Shown here piece by piece: positions 9,383-19,044 of a stretch of DNA of 53,376 nucleotides. The DNA lies in assembly GCA_028865725.1 (NCBI GenBank), contig JAGWJP010000001.1, forward strand, positions 1-53,376, read 5' to 3'. Source of the DNA: Patescibacteria group bacterium. GTDB lineage: Bacteria; Patescibacteriota; Minisyncoccia; UBA6257; JACRHW01. Under the pieces are notes generated by a model. The model saw only the letters and a list, made by a program, of their open reading frames with translations. It searched no databases and was not told where the DNA came from. The position numbers and the translations under genes are program-made. How positions within the stretch are numbered: position 1 is the stretch's first letter; the number at the start of each line of letters is the position of its first letter.

Positions 9383-10096
9383 ATGAAACCGATGTGGAAG
9401 GACAGGTCAATATTGTATTGTTTTTCACCTCCCGTGATGCTTGTCACGATGCTTATCGAGGGTGTGTTATTCATATATACGATTCTTCGTTATCGGATGA
9501 CGCGTTTCGGCCGTGGTGCGGCGCTTACCCTGCTTTTATTGGCGGCGTTTCAACTTTCTGAATATCAGATTTGTGCGCGCAGTACGCACGCGCTTCTATG
9601 GGCTCGTGCAGGTTTTGTGGCGATTACGTTTTTGCCTGTATTGGGACTTTATCTCGTTTCGCTCGTAAATAAGAAGACGCACTTTCTGCGATTAGGGTAT
9701 GTGCTGCTTCTTTTTTACGTGCCCTATTTTCTGATCGCTCCCCGCGCGATTCAGGGAGCATACTGTGGAGGTAATTACGTTATCTTTAATACTGCGCAGG
9801 CGTGGTATGTGTTCTATGGATTTTATTATTTTGGGTTTCTTTTGCTGGCCATGTGGGACGCATCGGTGCAGATGTATAAGGATCGGTTGCGTTTCAAGAA
9901 CAAGAAGACGGTGCTGTTTTGGTTTTTGATCGGATATACGTCCTTTCTACTTCCTATGGGAATCGTTTTTCTTCTATCTCCTTCGATTCTTGGTGCCGTG
10001 CCTTCTGTAATGTGCGGCTTTGCCGTCTTCTTCGCTCTTATTTTAGTGCTGAAGGTTCTCCCTTCTTATGTGCGCGCTCACGAGGAAAACAGATGA
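9383..10096 (+). CDS. Hypothetical polytopic membrane protein (about 7 TM)
   Basis: 237-aa ORF with a strongly hydrophobic periodic sequence. No family recognised. Confidence 0.55.
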   Translation: MKPMWKDRSILYCFSPPVMLVTMLIEGVLFIYTILRYRMTRFGRGAALTLLLLAAFQLSEYQICARSTHALLWARAGFVAITFLPVLGLYLVSLVNKKTHFLRLGYVLLLFYVPYFLIAPRAIQGAYCGGNYVIFNTAQAWYVFYGFYYFGFLLLAMWDASVQMYKDRLRFKNKKTVLFWFLIGYTSFLLPMGIVFLLSPSILGAVPSVMCGFAVFFALILVLKVLPSYVRAHEENR

Positions 10097-10109
10097 GAAG
10101 AGACTATAA

Positions 10110-10138
10110 AATAACACGCACTTTGCTGGCGTGTTATT
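10110..10138. terminator. Bidirectional terminator hairpin between convergent genes
   Basis: AATAACACGC - 9 nt - GCGTGTTATT, flanked by A/T runs. Confidence 0.5.
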
Positions 10139-10144
10139 TATTCA

Positions 10145-11071
10145 TTATAATGGCGAGGCAAGAATCGGGCGTATAATCTCGAGTAGGTTAGATTCGTCCT
10201 TACGGTCTTCGCCCGTAATAAGGATCGTATAGTGTGGAACAGAGCTGGGGAGGAGAAAGTCTTCTATACGTTCGTGCGGATCTTCAATTCCACGCCGTTT
10301 TATGTGTGTTGCAAGTACTTCAGGAGAAGCGGGGAGTAGGGTAATGATCGTAAGATTGATATCATGATGCCGTTTCCAGATTGCATGTACTCCGCCTGGG
10401 GTCAGCGCATAGATGCCGTGGTGAGTAGAAAGTACTTCGCGAATATGGAGAAGCGTGGAACCGTAGGAAACGCCATGATAGGTATCATGCTCGACGAATT
10501 GCCCTTGTGCGAGTTTGGTGTTGAATTCACTTTGTGAAACAAAGGAATAATATTCATGATCTTTTTCGTTTCTAGGAGATCGCGTGGTAGTAGTTTTAAT
10601 GCGACGGAGCAGATCTGGAAATTTCTCTATGAATCTGTCCATATAAAACGTTTTTCCTACTGCACGCGGTCCTACGAACACAATGAGATGGTGAGTGCCG
10701 CGGACATGGGAAAGTGGGTCGCCGTATGTATGTTTGAGGTTTTCATAGGCTGCATTCCACTGAGGATCAAAGTCGGGATAGAGGAGTACTGTCTTTCCGA
10801 GTGCAATTGCACGGTTGAGTTCAATCATTGTTCCTTCTGATATGCCAAAGAGGCCCACGACATCGCAAAATGAAAGGACGTGAAGCATGAATTGAAGCGT
10901 ACGTTCTCTACCGATTGTGCCACCTTCAAAATCTTCGAATTCGCCAATATCAAAAGGAATAGTGGGGGCATAGCCATCTGCCCTGCTTAGTGTCCGTGCG
11001 CGTTCTCGCTCTCCGCGAAGTCGTGTCGGAATCATGCAGTACATAATGAGTCCTTGTGGAGGCTCTCTCAT
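10145..11071 (-). CDS. gmk: Guanylate kinase fused to an N-terminal domain of about 115 aa
   Basis: The C-terminal half has the P-loop VGPRAVGKT and TTTRSPRNEKDHEYYSFVSQSEF...GQFVEHDTYHGVSYGST, typical of Gmk. The N-terminal half (…GISEGTMIELNRAIALGKTVLLY) resembles nucleoside 2-deoxyribosyltransferase-like folds; that part is inference. Confidence 0.7.
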   Translation of the reverse strand: MREPPQGLIMYCMIPTRLRGERERARTLSRADGYAPTIPFDIGEFEDFEGGTIGRERTLQFMLHVLSFCDVVGLFGISEGTMIELNRAIALGKTVLLYPDFDPQWNAAYENLKHTYGDPLSHVRGTHHLIVFVGPRAVGKTFYMDRFIEKFPDLLRRIKTTTTRSPRNEKDHEYYSFVSQSEFNTKLAQGQFVEHDTYHGVSYGSTLLHIREVLSTHHGIYALTPGGVHAIWKRHHDINLTIITLLPASPEVLATHIKRRGIEDPHERIEDFLLPSSVPHYTILITGEDRKDESNLLEIIRPILASPL

Positions 11072-11217
11072 GTGTTATACTCCTTGTTTTGTGTCAATAA
11101 TACTAAATATTGCTATAACAAATGAGTCTGGAAAAAGCAAATATACGGCGGCTTGCTCGTTTTTCTTATTACATTTTTTGTTTTCTTTTGTTACAGTAGA
11201 ATTATACTACTCATATC

Positions 11218-11799
11218 ATGAATAATGATCAAGCTCTCTATGCGCTTCAACAAGAAATGGAACATGATGAGTCATTGCCTTTGCGCGAGTCGAATTTAGT
11301 GTTTGGCGAGGGTGATTCGCATGCCGAGGTGGTGTGCATTGGGGAGGCGCCGGGGGCCGAGGAGGATCGCTTACAACGTCCTTTTGTGGGGCGTTCGGGA
11401 AAGCTGCTTACCGCGTGCTTACTTGAAATAGGATGGTCTCGTGACCGCGTATACATTACGAATATTGTCAAACGAAGACCGCCGCAGAATCGAGACCCGT
11501 TTCCTGAGGAGATACAGGCCTACGCTCCTTATTTGTCTCGTCAGCTTGCGATTATTCACCCTAAGGTGATTGTGACACTGGGCAGGTTTTCCATGAACTA
11601 TTTTATTCCTTACGGGAAAATTACGCGCGATCAGGGTAAGATATTTCGTGTGCGAGGTATGTTAGTCGTACCGCTCTTTCATCCTGCTGCTGCACTGCGC
11701 TCTACTACCACACTTGAAGCATTTAAAAAAAGCATAAAAATTTTACCTCGTGTTGTCGCACAGGCAGATACATTATCTCTGGGCTCCCCTATCTCATAG
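11218..11799 (+). CDS. Uracil-DNA glycosylase, family 4
   Basis: Motif GEAPGAEEDRLQRPFVGRSGKLL plus the C-terminal HPAAALR. Confidence 0.85.
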   Translation: MNNDQALYALQQEMEHDESLPLRESNLVFGEGDSHAEVVCIGEAPGAEEDRLQRPFVGRSGKLLTACLLEIGWSRDRVYITNIVKRRPPQNRDPFPEEIQAYAPYLSRQLAIIHPKVIVTLGRFSMNYFIPYGKITRDQGKIFRVRGMLVVPLFHPAAALRSTTTLEAFKKSIKILPRVVAQADTLSLGSPIS

Positions 11800-11835
11800 G
11801 GATTGGTTATTCATATCTCTCGGCATATACTAAAG

Positions 11836-12183
11836 ATGATGAATATTCATGTTTTCTCGTTTGTTGCGATAAGAGGCATTACCGCTCTACGACGTTTTTT
11901 CTATCATTGGTATATTCTCGCATGGCATTATTACTGGGGTTCTGTTGCCGGCTTTATCGCGGTATTTGACCGCACTATCGCATTGCGAGTGACCGCGCGG
12001 TATTTGTTTAGGCCGCTTTATCAAGACTATTCATTGTTTGGGTATTTGTTTGGAGTGTGTGCAAGAATGATCCGTCTTTTGATTGGTCTTGTGGTGTATG
12101 GCGTGATTATGGTAAGCGCAATTGTGCTTTACAGTCTTTGGTTTTTTCTTCCTCTTTATTGCATAATGCGGATTATAGTATGA
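11836..12183 (+). CDS. Small hypothetical membrane protein
   Basis: ORF with hydrophobic segments. Its stop overlaps the next start as ATGA. The start is uncertain (ATG 11836, or TTG 11803). Confidence 0.45.
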   Translation: MMNIHVFSFVAIRGITALRRFFYHWYILAWHYYWGSVAGFIAVFDRTIALRVTARYLFRPLYQDYSLFGYLFGVCARMIRLLIGLVVYGVIMVSAIVLYSLWFFLPLYCIMRIIV

Positions 12184-14708
12184 GTACCCACACTCCGATA
12201 ACCCCTTCGTGGTATTATGATGATCTTCGATTTCATTTTTCGGTGTTCACGCGCGGCATATTGCGCGTGATGCCTCCCGTTCTGTATTGCATAGGCACCT
12301 TATTTGCATTATTGGCGTGGTTTGACACGGGTAATATCCGGCTCCACTATGCAGGAGTTTTGGTGGGGCTTTTTCTCCTTGATTCTTTTTTTTCACATAA
12401 CAAAGCAGATCGTGCCATTTCTGAACTGCCGCACAATACTGGTGCACGCGTGAATATTGCACCTTCCGTTACCCCTCGTTGTTTTAGGATTGTAGAACAG
12501 AGTATGGATCGCGCTCGCGTATTGCATAGTCCTTTCTCTCTTACGTTATGTGAGGAGCTTGTGCGTCGCTTTTCTTATGCACTAGAACTCCTTGAACTTA
12601 ATGCGTCTGATCTTCAAGTACACCTCGAGACACTTTATCAGGATATATCCGGCGAATCCAATGAACATATATTGCAGGAAATACAGACTCTTTTTCTTGC
12701 CGGGTTTGAAAGTGCAGATAAAGAACACAAACAATATCTTGATGAATCTGATCTATTTGTCGCACTTCTCGAAAACCAGATTACGCCTCTTGCGCGATTT
12801 TTCTCCGCGTTTGATATTTCCGGACTTGATTTACGCTTTGCATTGTCAGCAGCTCGCTATAGGGGGGGGTGGGGAAGAAAATTTACGATGCGTACGATTA
12901 TTTTGCATCGTGTACGTGGAAGTGGTATGAGTTCACGGCGACGGATGAATCGTGCGTGGACTTCGCGCACTACCCCATTTTTAGACACAATCTCGCAAGA
13001 TATCTCTTATCTCGCACTACGTGATGAAGTTGGATTTTTGGTGGGACACGAACATGAGTATAGGAGAATTATAAAAACATTAACACGTCCCGCAATGAAC
13101 AATGTTCTCCTTGTCGGAGATCCCGGCGCAGGAAAGGAGACTTTGGTACATCGTCTGGCATATCAAATTGCACATGATTCCGTCCCGCGGCCTCTTTTTG
13201 ATAAACGTGTCGTTGAGATTTCCGTACACACTCTGCTTGCGGGTACGAAGACGGAGGGGGACATGATGAAGGAGGTGGTACACATGCTTGACGAGATACG
13301 GGCTGCAGGCAATGTAGTGCTTTACATCCCAGATATTCATCTTGTCGTGAAGTCTTCATTACGCCAAATTACTGCAGCTGATGCTCTTCTTTCTTCGTTT
13401 AGGGGGGGTGGTTTTCAGGTGATTGCTACGACGTACACGGAAGACTATACGCGTTATATAGAATCTCAATCTTCATTTAGGGATACGTTTGAAATGGTAC
13501 ACGTCGAGGAAATTAGCGAGGTCGAAGCGCTGCGAGTACTGATATATATCAGTCGGATTCTTCAAACTCAGTTTCATGTCACGATTGGATATAAGGCACT
13601 GCGTACTGCAGTACGTCTTGCTCATCGTTATTTGCACGATAAAATGTTGCCCTCATCCGCCGAGGAGCTTTTGAAAGAGGCGGCAATGCTGGTGTGTGAC
13701 CGAGGTGGGATATTTGTGAAAGAGGGGGATGTAATCGATTTGGTTGAGGCAAAGACGCATATTCCACTGAAAAAAGCGAGTGGAAGTGAAGCCGAGCTTT
13801 TACTTCATTTAGAACAGGAAATGAAAAAATCGATCGTGGGACAGGATCGCGCGGTTATTGCAATTGCAAAAAGTTTACGTGCCTATCGAAGCGGTCTTCT
13901 GCGATCGCGCGGTCCTATCGCCGCGTTTCTTTTTGTAGGACCGACCGGGGTGGGGAAGACGGAGGTGGCAAAAGCAATTACGCGTCTCATGTTTGGCGAT
14001 GAAACACACATGATTCGTCTTGATATGGCAGAATTTGCGGAACAGAAATCTATTGCGCGCCTGCTGGGTTCTTTAGAAAATGAGACAAAGGGATTTTTAG
14101 GACATGTTCTTCGTGAGAAGCCTTATGGTGTCGTCCTGCTTGATGAGTTTGAAAAAGCCCACCCTGATGTACTGCATCTTTTTCTTTCTGTATTTGATGA
14201 AGGCGTACTTACGGATGTGTGGGGAAGAAGCATCGATTTCTCGCATACGATTATTATTGCTACTTCAAATGCGCATTCTCAATTCATTTATGATATGGTA
14301 GAACAGGACACAAATTTGCATGTCATAGAAAAAGAACTGAAACATAAATTACTCTCTTATTTTAAGCCAGAGCTTTTGAACAGGTTTAGCGATATTATTG
14401 TGTTCGAACCGCTTCAAAAAGAGAGCCTTGCGCGCATCGCCGAACTTCAATTGGGTAAATTTATTGAAGAAGTGCGCCAGGGTCATGGTATCGAGCTTGC
14501 GTGCAGTGAGCGTGCGTTTGCTGCGATCGTAGCACAAGGGTTTGACCCCGTGTTTGGGGCCCGCCCCCTTCGTCATCTTATCGAAGGGACTATTAAGCCG
14601 TTGATTGCGGAACGGATTCTTGCAAAGGCGTTGTCCCGCCGCGGTTATGCTATTATAGATTATAGTGATGCCACATTTTTCTGCGTGGAGCGTGAAACAT
14701 TGTTATAG
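12180..14708 (+). CDS. Clp/Hsp100-family AAA+ ATPase with N-terminal TM segment and degenerate first ATPase module
   Basis: D2 is canonical (FVGPTGVGKTEVAKAI, VVLLDEFEKAHPDV, IIIATSN, GARPLRHLIE). D1 has GDPGAGKE and VLYIPDIH in place of the GKT and DE motifs. The N-terminus is hydrophobic. Confidence 0.8.
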   Translation: MSTHTPITPSWYYDDLRFHFSVFTRGILRVMPPVLYCIGTLFALLAWFDTGNIRLHYAGVLVGLFLLDSFFSHNKADRAISELPHNTGARVNIAPSVTPRCFRIVEQSMDRARVLHSPFSLTLCEELVRRFSYALELLELNASDLQVHLETLYQDISGESNEHILQEIQTLFLAGFESADKEHKQYLDESDLFVALLENQITPLARFFSAFDISGLDLRFALSAARYRGGWGRKFTMRTIILHRVRGSGMSSRRRMNRAWTSRTTPFLDTISQDISYLALRDEVGFLVGHEHEYRRIIKTLTRPAMNNVLLVGDPGAGKETLVHRLAYQIAHDSVPRPLFDKRVVEISVHTLLAGTKTEGDMMKEVVHMLDEIRAAGNVVLYIPDIHLVVKSSLRQITAADALLSSFRGGGFQVIATTYTEDYTRYIESQSSFRDTFEMVHVEEISEVEALRVLIYISRILQTQFHVTIGYKALRTAVRLAHRYLHDKMLPSSAEELLKEAAMLVCDRGGIFVKEGDVIDLVEAKTHIPLKKASGSEAELLLHLEQEMKKSIVGQDRAVIAIAKSLRAYRSGLLRSRGPIAAFLFVGPTGVGKTEVAKAITRLMFGDETHMIRLDMAEFAEQKSIARLLGSLENETKGFLGHVLREKPYGVVLLDEFEKAHPDVLHLFLSVFDEGVLTDVWGRSIDFSHTIIIATSNAHSQFIYDMVEQDTNLHVIEKELKHKLLSYFKPELLNRFSDIIVFEPLQKESLARIAELQLGKFIEEVRQGHGIELACSERAFAAIVAQGFDPVFGARPLRHLIEGTIKPLIAERILAKALSRRGYAIIDYSDATFFCVERETLL

Positions 14709-14726
14709 GTATGTTACACATTTAAT

Positions 14727-15386
14727 ATGGAACCATTTAAATTAAGTAATGTAATGAAGATAAATAAGCTAGTTCGTTTTTTTGTGTTAAGCGATCTCTT
14801 TCTTCTTATGGGATGGGGATTTGTCGAACCTGTGTTTGCATTGTTTGTGGTACAGCGCATTGTCGGCGCTACACTTATTACTGTGGGATGGGCAGCCGCT
14901 ATTTATTTAATTGTACGTGCACTATTGCAGACTCCTATTGCACTTATTCTTGATAGACTAGACGGAGAATCTGATGATTTTTATACCCTCGTGATGGGGC
15001 TTTTATTGCTGGGAGTCACTGCTTTTTTATATACAAGTATTTCTGGTATTTGGGAATTTTATTTTGTGCAGGGCGTAAGGGCGATTGCAATGGCCTGTTA
15101 CGGCGCAACGTGGCCTGCGATATTTGGAAGGCATCTTGATGCGAATCGCCATGCCTTTGAGTGGTCGCTTGACAGTACTATTGTAGGAATTGGTGCTGGG
15201 ATTTCCGGAGTTCTTGGGAGCGCGATTGCGAATGCATTTGGATTTTCCATCCTGTTTTTTATAGTTGGTATTATGTCTCTTTTGAGCGCAGCGATTATTA
15301 TGCTTGTACCCCATATTACCTTACCACGCAAATCATTACAGGAGTCATTTTTTCTGCAAAAAGATCATTCTACCCTTACCCACTAG
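14727..15386 (+). CDS. Hypothetical 6-TM membrane protein (MFS half-like)
   Basis: 219-aa ORF with six hydrophobic segments. Confidence 0.5.
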   Translation: MEPFKLSNVMKINKLVRFFVLSDLFLLMGWGFVEPVFALFVVQRIVGATLITVGWAAAIYLIVRALLQTPIALILDRLDGESDDFYTLVMGLLLLGVTAFLYTSISGIWEFYFVQGVRAIAMACYGATWPAIFGRHLDANRHAFEWSLDSTIVGIGAGISGVLGSAIANAFGFSILFFIVGIMSLLSAAIIMLVPHITLPRKSLQESFFLQKDHSTLTH

Positions 15387-15398
15387 ACGAAAAATCCT

Positions 15399-17114
15399 AT
15401 GGACAATGCGAAGGTGGCGGCAATTTTAACAGAAATAGCAGAGTACCTTGAAATGCAGGGTATTCATTTTAAGCCACGCGCCTACGAGCGTGCGGCCCAA
15501 TCTGTCTCTAGTCTCCCTGACGATATTGGCACACGGTATGCACAAGGAGGGAAAAAGGCGTTAGATGATATTCCTGGAGTAGGAGCTTCAATTGCAAAAA
15601 AGATTGCTGAGTTGCTAGATACCGGCCACATGAAGTACTATGAACGACTTAAAGCAAAAATACCTGTTCGCCTCGCAGAGCTTGAATCTATTGAAGGGCT
15701 TGGTCCGCGGCATATCAGAACACTGTTTGAAAAGCTTCATATTACGACATTGAAAAGCCTTGAACGTGCAGCACGCGCGGGGAAGATTGCGGATCTTCCT
15801 GGGTTTGGGAAAAAAGCTGAAGAAAATATTTTGAAAGGAATCGCGTTTGTACATGCGTTTCAAGGGCGATTTCCGCTTGGCGCCGTGCTCCCCGAGATAC
15901 GTAGGCTTGCGGAACATCTTCGTGCGTTACCCGGGGTGGAGCGACTCGAAATTGCCGGATCTATACGGAGATGGAAGGAAACGGTGGGTGACGCTGACCT
16001 TGTGGTTGTGTCTTCGCACCCTAAGCCTATCATGGCGCATTTTGTTACCATGCCTGAGGTGGGCCACGTGTATGCGCATGGAGAGACAAAATCGGCGATT
16101 AAATTAAAGAATGGGCTTGATGTGGATTTACGAATAGTGTCTCCGCGTTCATTCGGTGCCGCGCTTAACTATTTTACGGGATCGAAGGAGCATAATATCA
16201 CGTTGCGGGAGATCGCTCTGAAAAAAGGATACAAGCTTAATGAATACGGGTTGTTCGAAGGAAAGCGCTATATTGCGGGCGCATCCGAAGGGGAGTTGTA
16301 TCGCGCGCTTGGAATGTCTTACGTAGAGCCTGAAATGCGCGAGAATACCGGAGAGATTGAATGCGCGAAACGTCACACGCTCCCGCACCTTATTGGATAT
16401 GCTGACTTGCAGGGCGATCTCCAGGTACAAACCGATTGGACTGATGGCGCACACTCCCTTGAAGAAATGGCACAGGCAGCGATAACGCGCGGTCTTTCCT
16501 ATATTGCAATTACGGATCATACAAAAAGTCTCGCAATGACGGGGGGGGCAGATGAAAAGAAGTTGTTGCGTCAAATGGATGCTATCGACGCGCTTAACAA
16601 AAAATTTAAAGGAAAAATCACGCTTTTAAAAGGCGCGGAGGTAAATATTTTAAAAGATGGTTCGCTTGATATTGCGGATGAAGTGCTTGCAAAACTTGAT
16701 GTAGTGGGTGTTGCTGTTCATTCCCATTTTAATTTGTCACGAAAAGATCAAACACAACGCATTATTCGAGCCATGGAAAATAGGCATGTTGATATTGTGT
16801 TTCATCTTACAGGAAGAATTATCCATAAACGTCCCCCTATCAGTTTAGATATTGATGCCGTGCTCCGGGCCGCGAAACGCACTCATACGGTATTGGAAAT
16901 TAATGCGTTTCCTGAACGCCTTGATATTCGCGATGAAGTTGTGCGCGCAGCCCTTCAACATGGAATTGTATTTTCGGTTGATTCAGACGCGCATGCGATT
17001 GATCATTTTCAGTATCTTGAGTATGGTATTGCTACCGCTCGACGTGGGTGGGCTGAAAAAAAAGACGTGGTGAATGCATGGCCTCTTCCCGTGATGAAGA
17101 AGAAACTGAAATGA
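15399..17114 (+). CDS. polX: DNA polymerase X family protein with C-terminal PHP domain
   Basis: HhH repeats, the nucleotidyltransferase motif GSIRRWKETVGDADLVV, then a PHP domain (ITDHTKS..., VHSHFN, DSDAH). Confidence 0.9.
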   Translation: MDNAKVAAILTEIAEYLEMQGIHFKPRAYERAAQSVSSLPDDIGTRYAQGGKKALDDIPGVGASIAKKIAELLDTGHMKYYERLKAKIPVRLAELESIEGLGPRHIRTLFEKLHITTLKSLERAARAGKIADLPGFGKKAEENILKGIAFVHAFQGRFPLGAVLPEIRRLAEHLRALPGVERLEIAGSIRRWKETVGDADLVVVSSHPKPIMAHFVTMPEVGHVYAHGETKSAIKLKNGLDVDLRIVSPRSFGAALNYFTGSKEHNITLREIALKKGYKLNEYGLFEGKRYIAGASEGELYRALGMSYVEPEMRENTGEIECAKRHTLPHLIGYADLQGDLQVQTDWTDGAHSLEEMAQAAITRGLSYIAITDHTKSLAMTGGADEKKLLRQMDAIDALNKKFKGKITLLKGAEVNILKDGSLDIADEVLAKLDVVGVAVHSHFNLSRKDQTQRIIRAMENRHVDIVFHLTGRIIHKRPPISLDIDAVLRAAKRTHTVLEINAFPERLDIRDEVVRAALQHGIVFSVDSDAHAIDHFQYLEYGIATARRGWAEKKDVVNAWPLPVMKKKLK

Positions 17115-17548
17115 AAAAAGAGGAAGTAGCAGCGGGTATTATCGTGGTATACGAATGCGAGAAAGGGCGTGAGTATCTTTTGCTTAAGAACAGAAAAGGA
17201 CAATGGGGTTTTTCGAAAGGCCATGTGGAAACGGGGGAGGATATGAAACAAGCGGCTCTACGCGAAGTGGGCGAGGAGACAGGATTGACTGCCCAAGACC
17301 TTGTTTTTATACCTTCTTTTGAACGCAGGGTGACTTATTCATTTTCTTCTCGTGCAATTCAGGGTGGATCCGCAGACAAGGAGGTGTTTTATTTTCTCGC
17401 TCGCGTTTTACGCCGTGCGATTACTCTTTCTCCTGAACATGAAGAGTACGGATGGTATTCCTGTGAGGAGGCACTCCATTTGATTTCATTTAGGAATATG
17501 CGCGCACTCGTTAAAGACGCAGAAACATTTCTTCGTGAGATGAAATAA
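17111..17548 (+). CDS. Nudix hydrolase
   Basis: Nudix box GHVETGEDMKQAALREVGEETGL. The ATG overlaps the polX stop as ATGA. Confidence 0.8.
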   Translation: MKKEEVAAGIIVVYECEKGREYLLLKNRKGQWGFSKGHVETGEDMKQAALREVGEETGLTAQDLVFIPSFERRVTYSFSSRAIQGGSADKEVFYFLARVLRRAITLSPEHEEYGWYSCEEALHLISFRNMRALVKDAETFLREMK

Positions 17549-17551
17549 ATT

Positions 17552-17580
17552 ACCACGGTCTCACGGCTGTGGTTTTTATT
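17552..17580 (+). terminator. Intrinsic terminator after the Nudix gene
   Basis: ACCACGG - 8 nt - CTGTGGT followed by TTTTATT. Confidence 0.55.
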
Positions 17581-17594
17581 CGGTAATTTGGCTT

Positions 17595-17633
17595 ATAAAA
17601 AACCGCCCTTCAGTAGCGGAGAGCGGTTTTTTT
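17595..17633 (-). terminator. Terminator-like hairpin downstream of rplT
   Basis: AAAAAACCGC...GCGGTTTTTTT. This reads as a hairpin plus U-run on the minus strand, and on the plus strand too. Confidence 0.45.
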
Positions 17634-17645
17634 AACCGTTGCGCC

Positions 17646-17990
17646 CTATTGTACCGCCGCAACTATTTTTTTAAATGTTTCGGGTTGTTTTTCGGCCAAC
17701 GTTGCGAGAATCTTTCTGTCGATTTCGATTTGTTTGAGTTTTAAGGCATGAATAAATGCGCTATAACTTATTCCTTCGTTGCGTACCGCCGCATTGATTT
17801 TTACTTGCCACAATGCGCGGTAGTCTCGCTTCTTCTGTTTTCTGCCCTGAAAGGCATGAGTCCATGCATGAAGCAGTGCTTCTTTCGCAGCACGTTCTTT
17901 GGTTTTTCTGCCCCACTTAAATCCTTTTGTATAACGAAGGATTTTTTCGCGTTTTTTATGGGCTATGGTTCCTCGTTTCACTCTTGTCAT
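17646..17990 (-). CDS. rplT: 50S ribosomal protein L20
   Basis: MTRVKRGTIAHKKREKILRYTKGFKWGRK... is a typical L20 sequence. Confidence 0.95.
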   Translation of the reverse strand: MTRVKRGTIAHKKREKILRYTKGFKWGRKTKERAAKEALLHAWTHAFQGRKQKKRDYRALWQVKINAAVRNEGISYSAFIHALKLKQIEIDRKILATLAEKQPETFKKIVAAVQ

Positions 17991-18048
17991 ATCGCTATGG
18001 TAACGTATTAATGATTATCGTAAACACTACTATATCTAAGTTTAATAA

Positions 18049-18231
18049 TTAAAGCAAGGCGCGTACGGTTTTTTCCGTGGTTGAGGATACGGCGAGCGTA
18101 TTCTTTTTCCTGCGTAATGCGTTTTGCGATTTTTTCGCGCGAAAATGGCTTTGCCCTGATTTTCTGCGAAGAAGTTTTCCGGTTCTAGTTACCTTGATTC
18201 TTTTATTAGCGAGTTTAACGTGTTGTTTCAT
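18049..18231 (-). CDS. rpmI: 50S ribosomal protein L35
   Basis: 60-aa basic protein (...KVTRTGKLLRRKSGQSHFRAKKS) located between infC and rplT. Confidence 0.9.
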   Translation of the reverse strand: MKQHVKLANKRIKVTRTGKLLRRKSGQSHFRAKKSQNALRRKKNTLAVSSTTEKTVRALL

Positions 18232-18371
18232 ATCCGGTGGTGCAAATTCTATTTTTCGCCGAAAGCGAAAGAGCGAACTTTGTTAATAATAATTTTATAA
18301 ATTTTTTATATGGCTCTTCTATGTCATTTACCCAAGTAAGAATCTATCGAATTTTCACTATACGGGCATAA

Positions 18372-18890
18372 TTATTGAATTTGTACGATAAAGCTTTTGG
18401 GTGCCGGTTTAATGTCCTGTGTAATTTTGTACGGATGCGCGATGAGTCCTAAAAATTCTTGAAGTTTCTGTTTTGCGAGATCTTTGAAGCGCATTTCTCG
18501 TCCCCGCAGGCGCAGGATGATTTGGACTTTATGTCCCTTGCCGAGGAATTTTTTTATCTGCGTGGCTTTTGTTTCAAGATCGTGCGCTGCGGCGCCAAAT
18601 GTGATACGCACCACCTTGAGATCTCCCGCCTCAAGAGATGCTTTGGTTTTCTTGAGCTGCTTCTCCTTCTCGTAACGGTACTTATCAAAATTGATGATTT
18701 TGGCAACAGGGGGTTTGGCAAGCGGAGCGATTTCCACAAGGTCCATCCCATTTTCCCGGGCTTTCTTAAGCGCATCAGTACGGGAGAGCACACCAAGATT
18801 TTCTCCTTTGTCGGTGACCACGCGGAGCGTTTCTGCGGTGATCATTTCGTTAATTTTTGCTTGTACGCTATGAACGCGATTGAACTTCAA
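18372..18890 (-). CDS. infC: Translation initiation factor IF-3
   Basis: INEMITAETLRVVTDKGENLGVLSRTDALKKARENGMDLVEI... and the conserved infC-rpmI-rplT order. The exact start is uncertain because infC often uses non-ATG starts. Confidence 0.9.
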   Translation of the reverse strand: MKFNRVHSVQAKINEMITAETLRVVTDKGENLGVLSRTDALKKARENGMDLVEIAPLAKPPVAKIINFDKYRYEKEKQLKKTKASLEAGDLKVVRITFGAAAHDLETKATQIKKFLGKGHKVQIILRLRGREMRFKDLAKQKLQEFLGLIAHPYKITQDIKPAPKSFIVQIQ

Positions 18891-18971
18891 GTTGGTAGGA
18901 GTTAATGAATAATTAAAGCAGAGTAATCTACAAATTTATCATACTCGCTCTTTTTACAAGTGACAAGAGAA

Positions 18972-19000
18972 ATACTACAGATTTCCCTAGATTTTGTCAA
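18972..19000 (-). promoter_or_regulatory. Sigma70-type promoter for infC operon (TTGACA - 17 nt - TAGTAT, minus strand)
   Basis: On the minus strand TTGACA lies at 19000-18995 and TAGTAT at 18977-18972, with a 17-nt spacer. Confidence 0.5.
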
Positions 19001-19001
19001 C

Positions 19002-19025
19002 AAAAAACCGCCCTTCCGAGCGGAT
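19002..19025 (-). terminator. Intrinsic terminator after the 19045 gene (minus strand)
   Basis: Minus-strand CCGCTC-GGAA-GGGCGG followed by TTTTTT. Confidence 0.55.
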
Positions 19026-19044
19026 ATAATAATGCCTCCAATTT

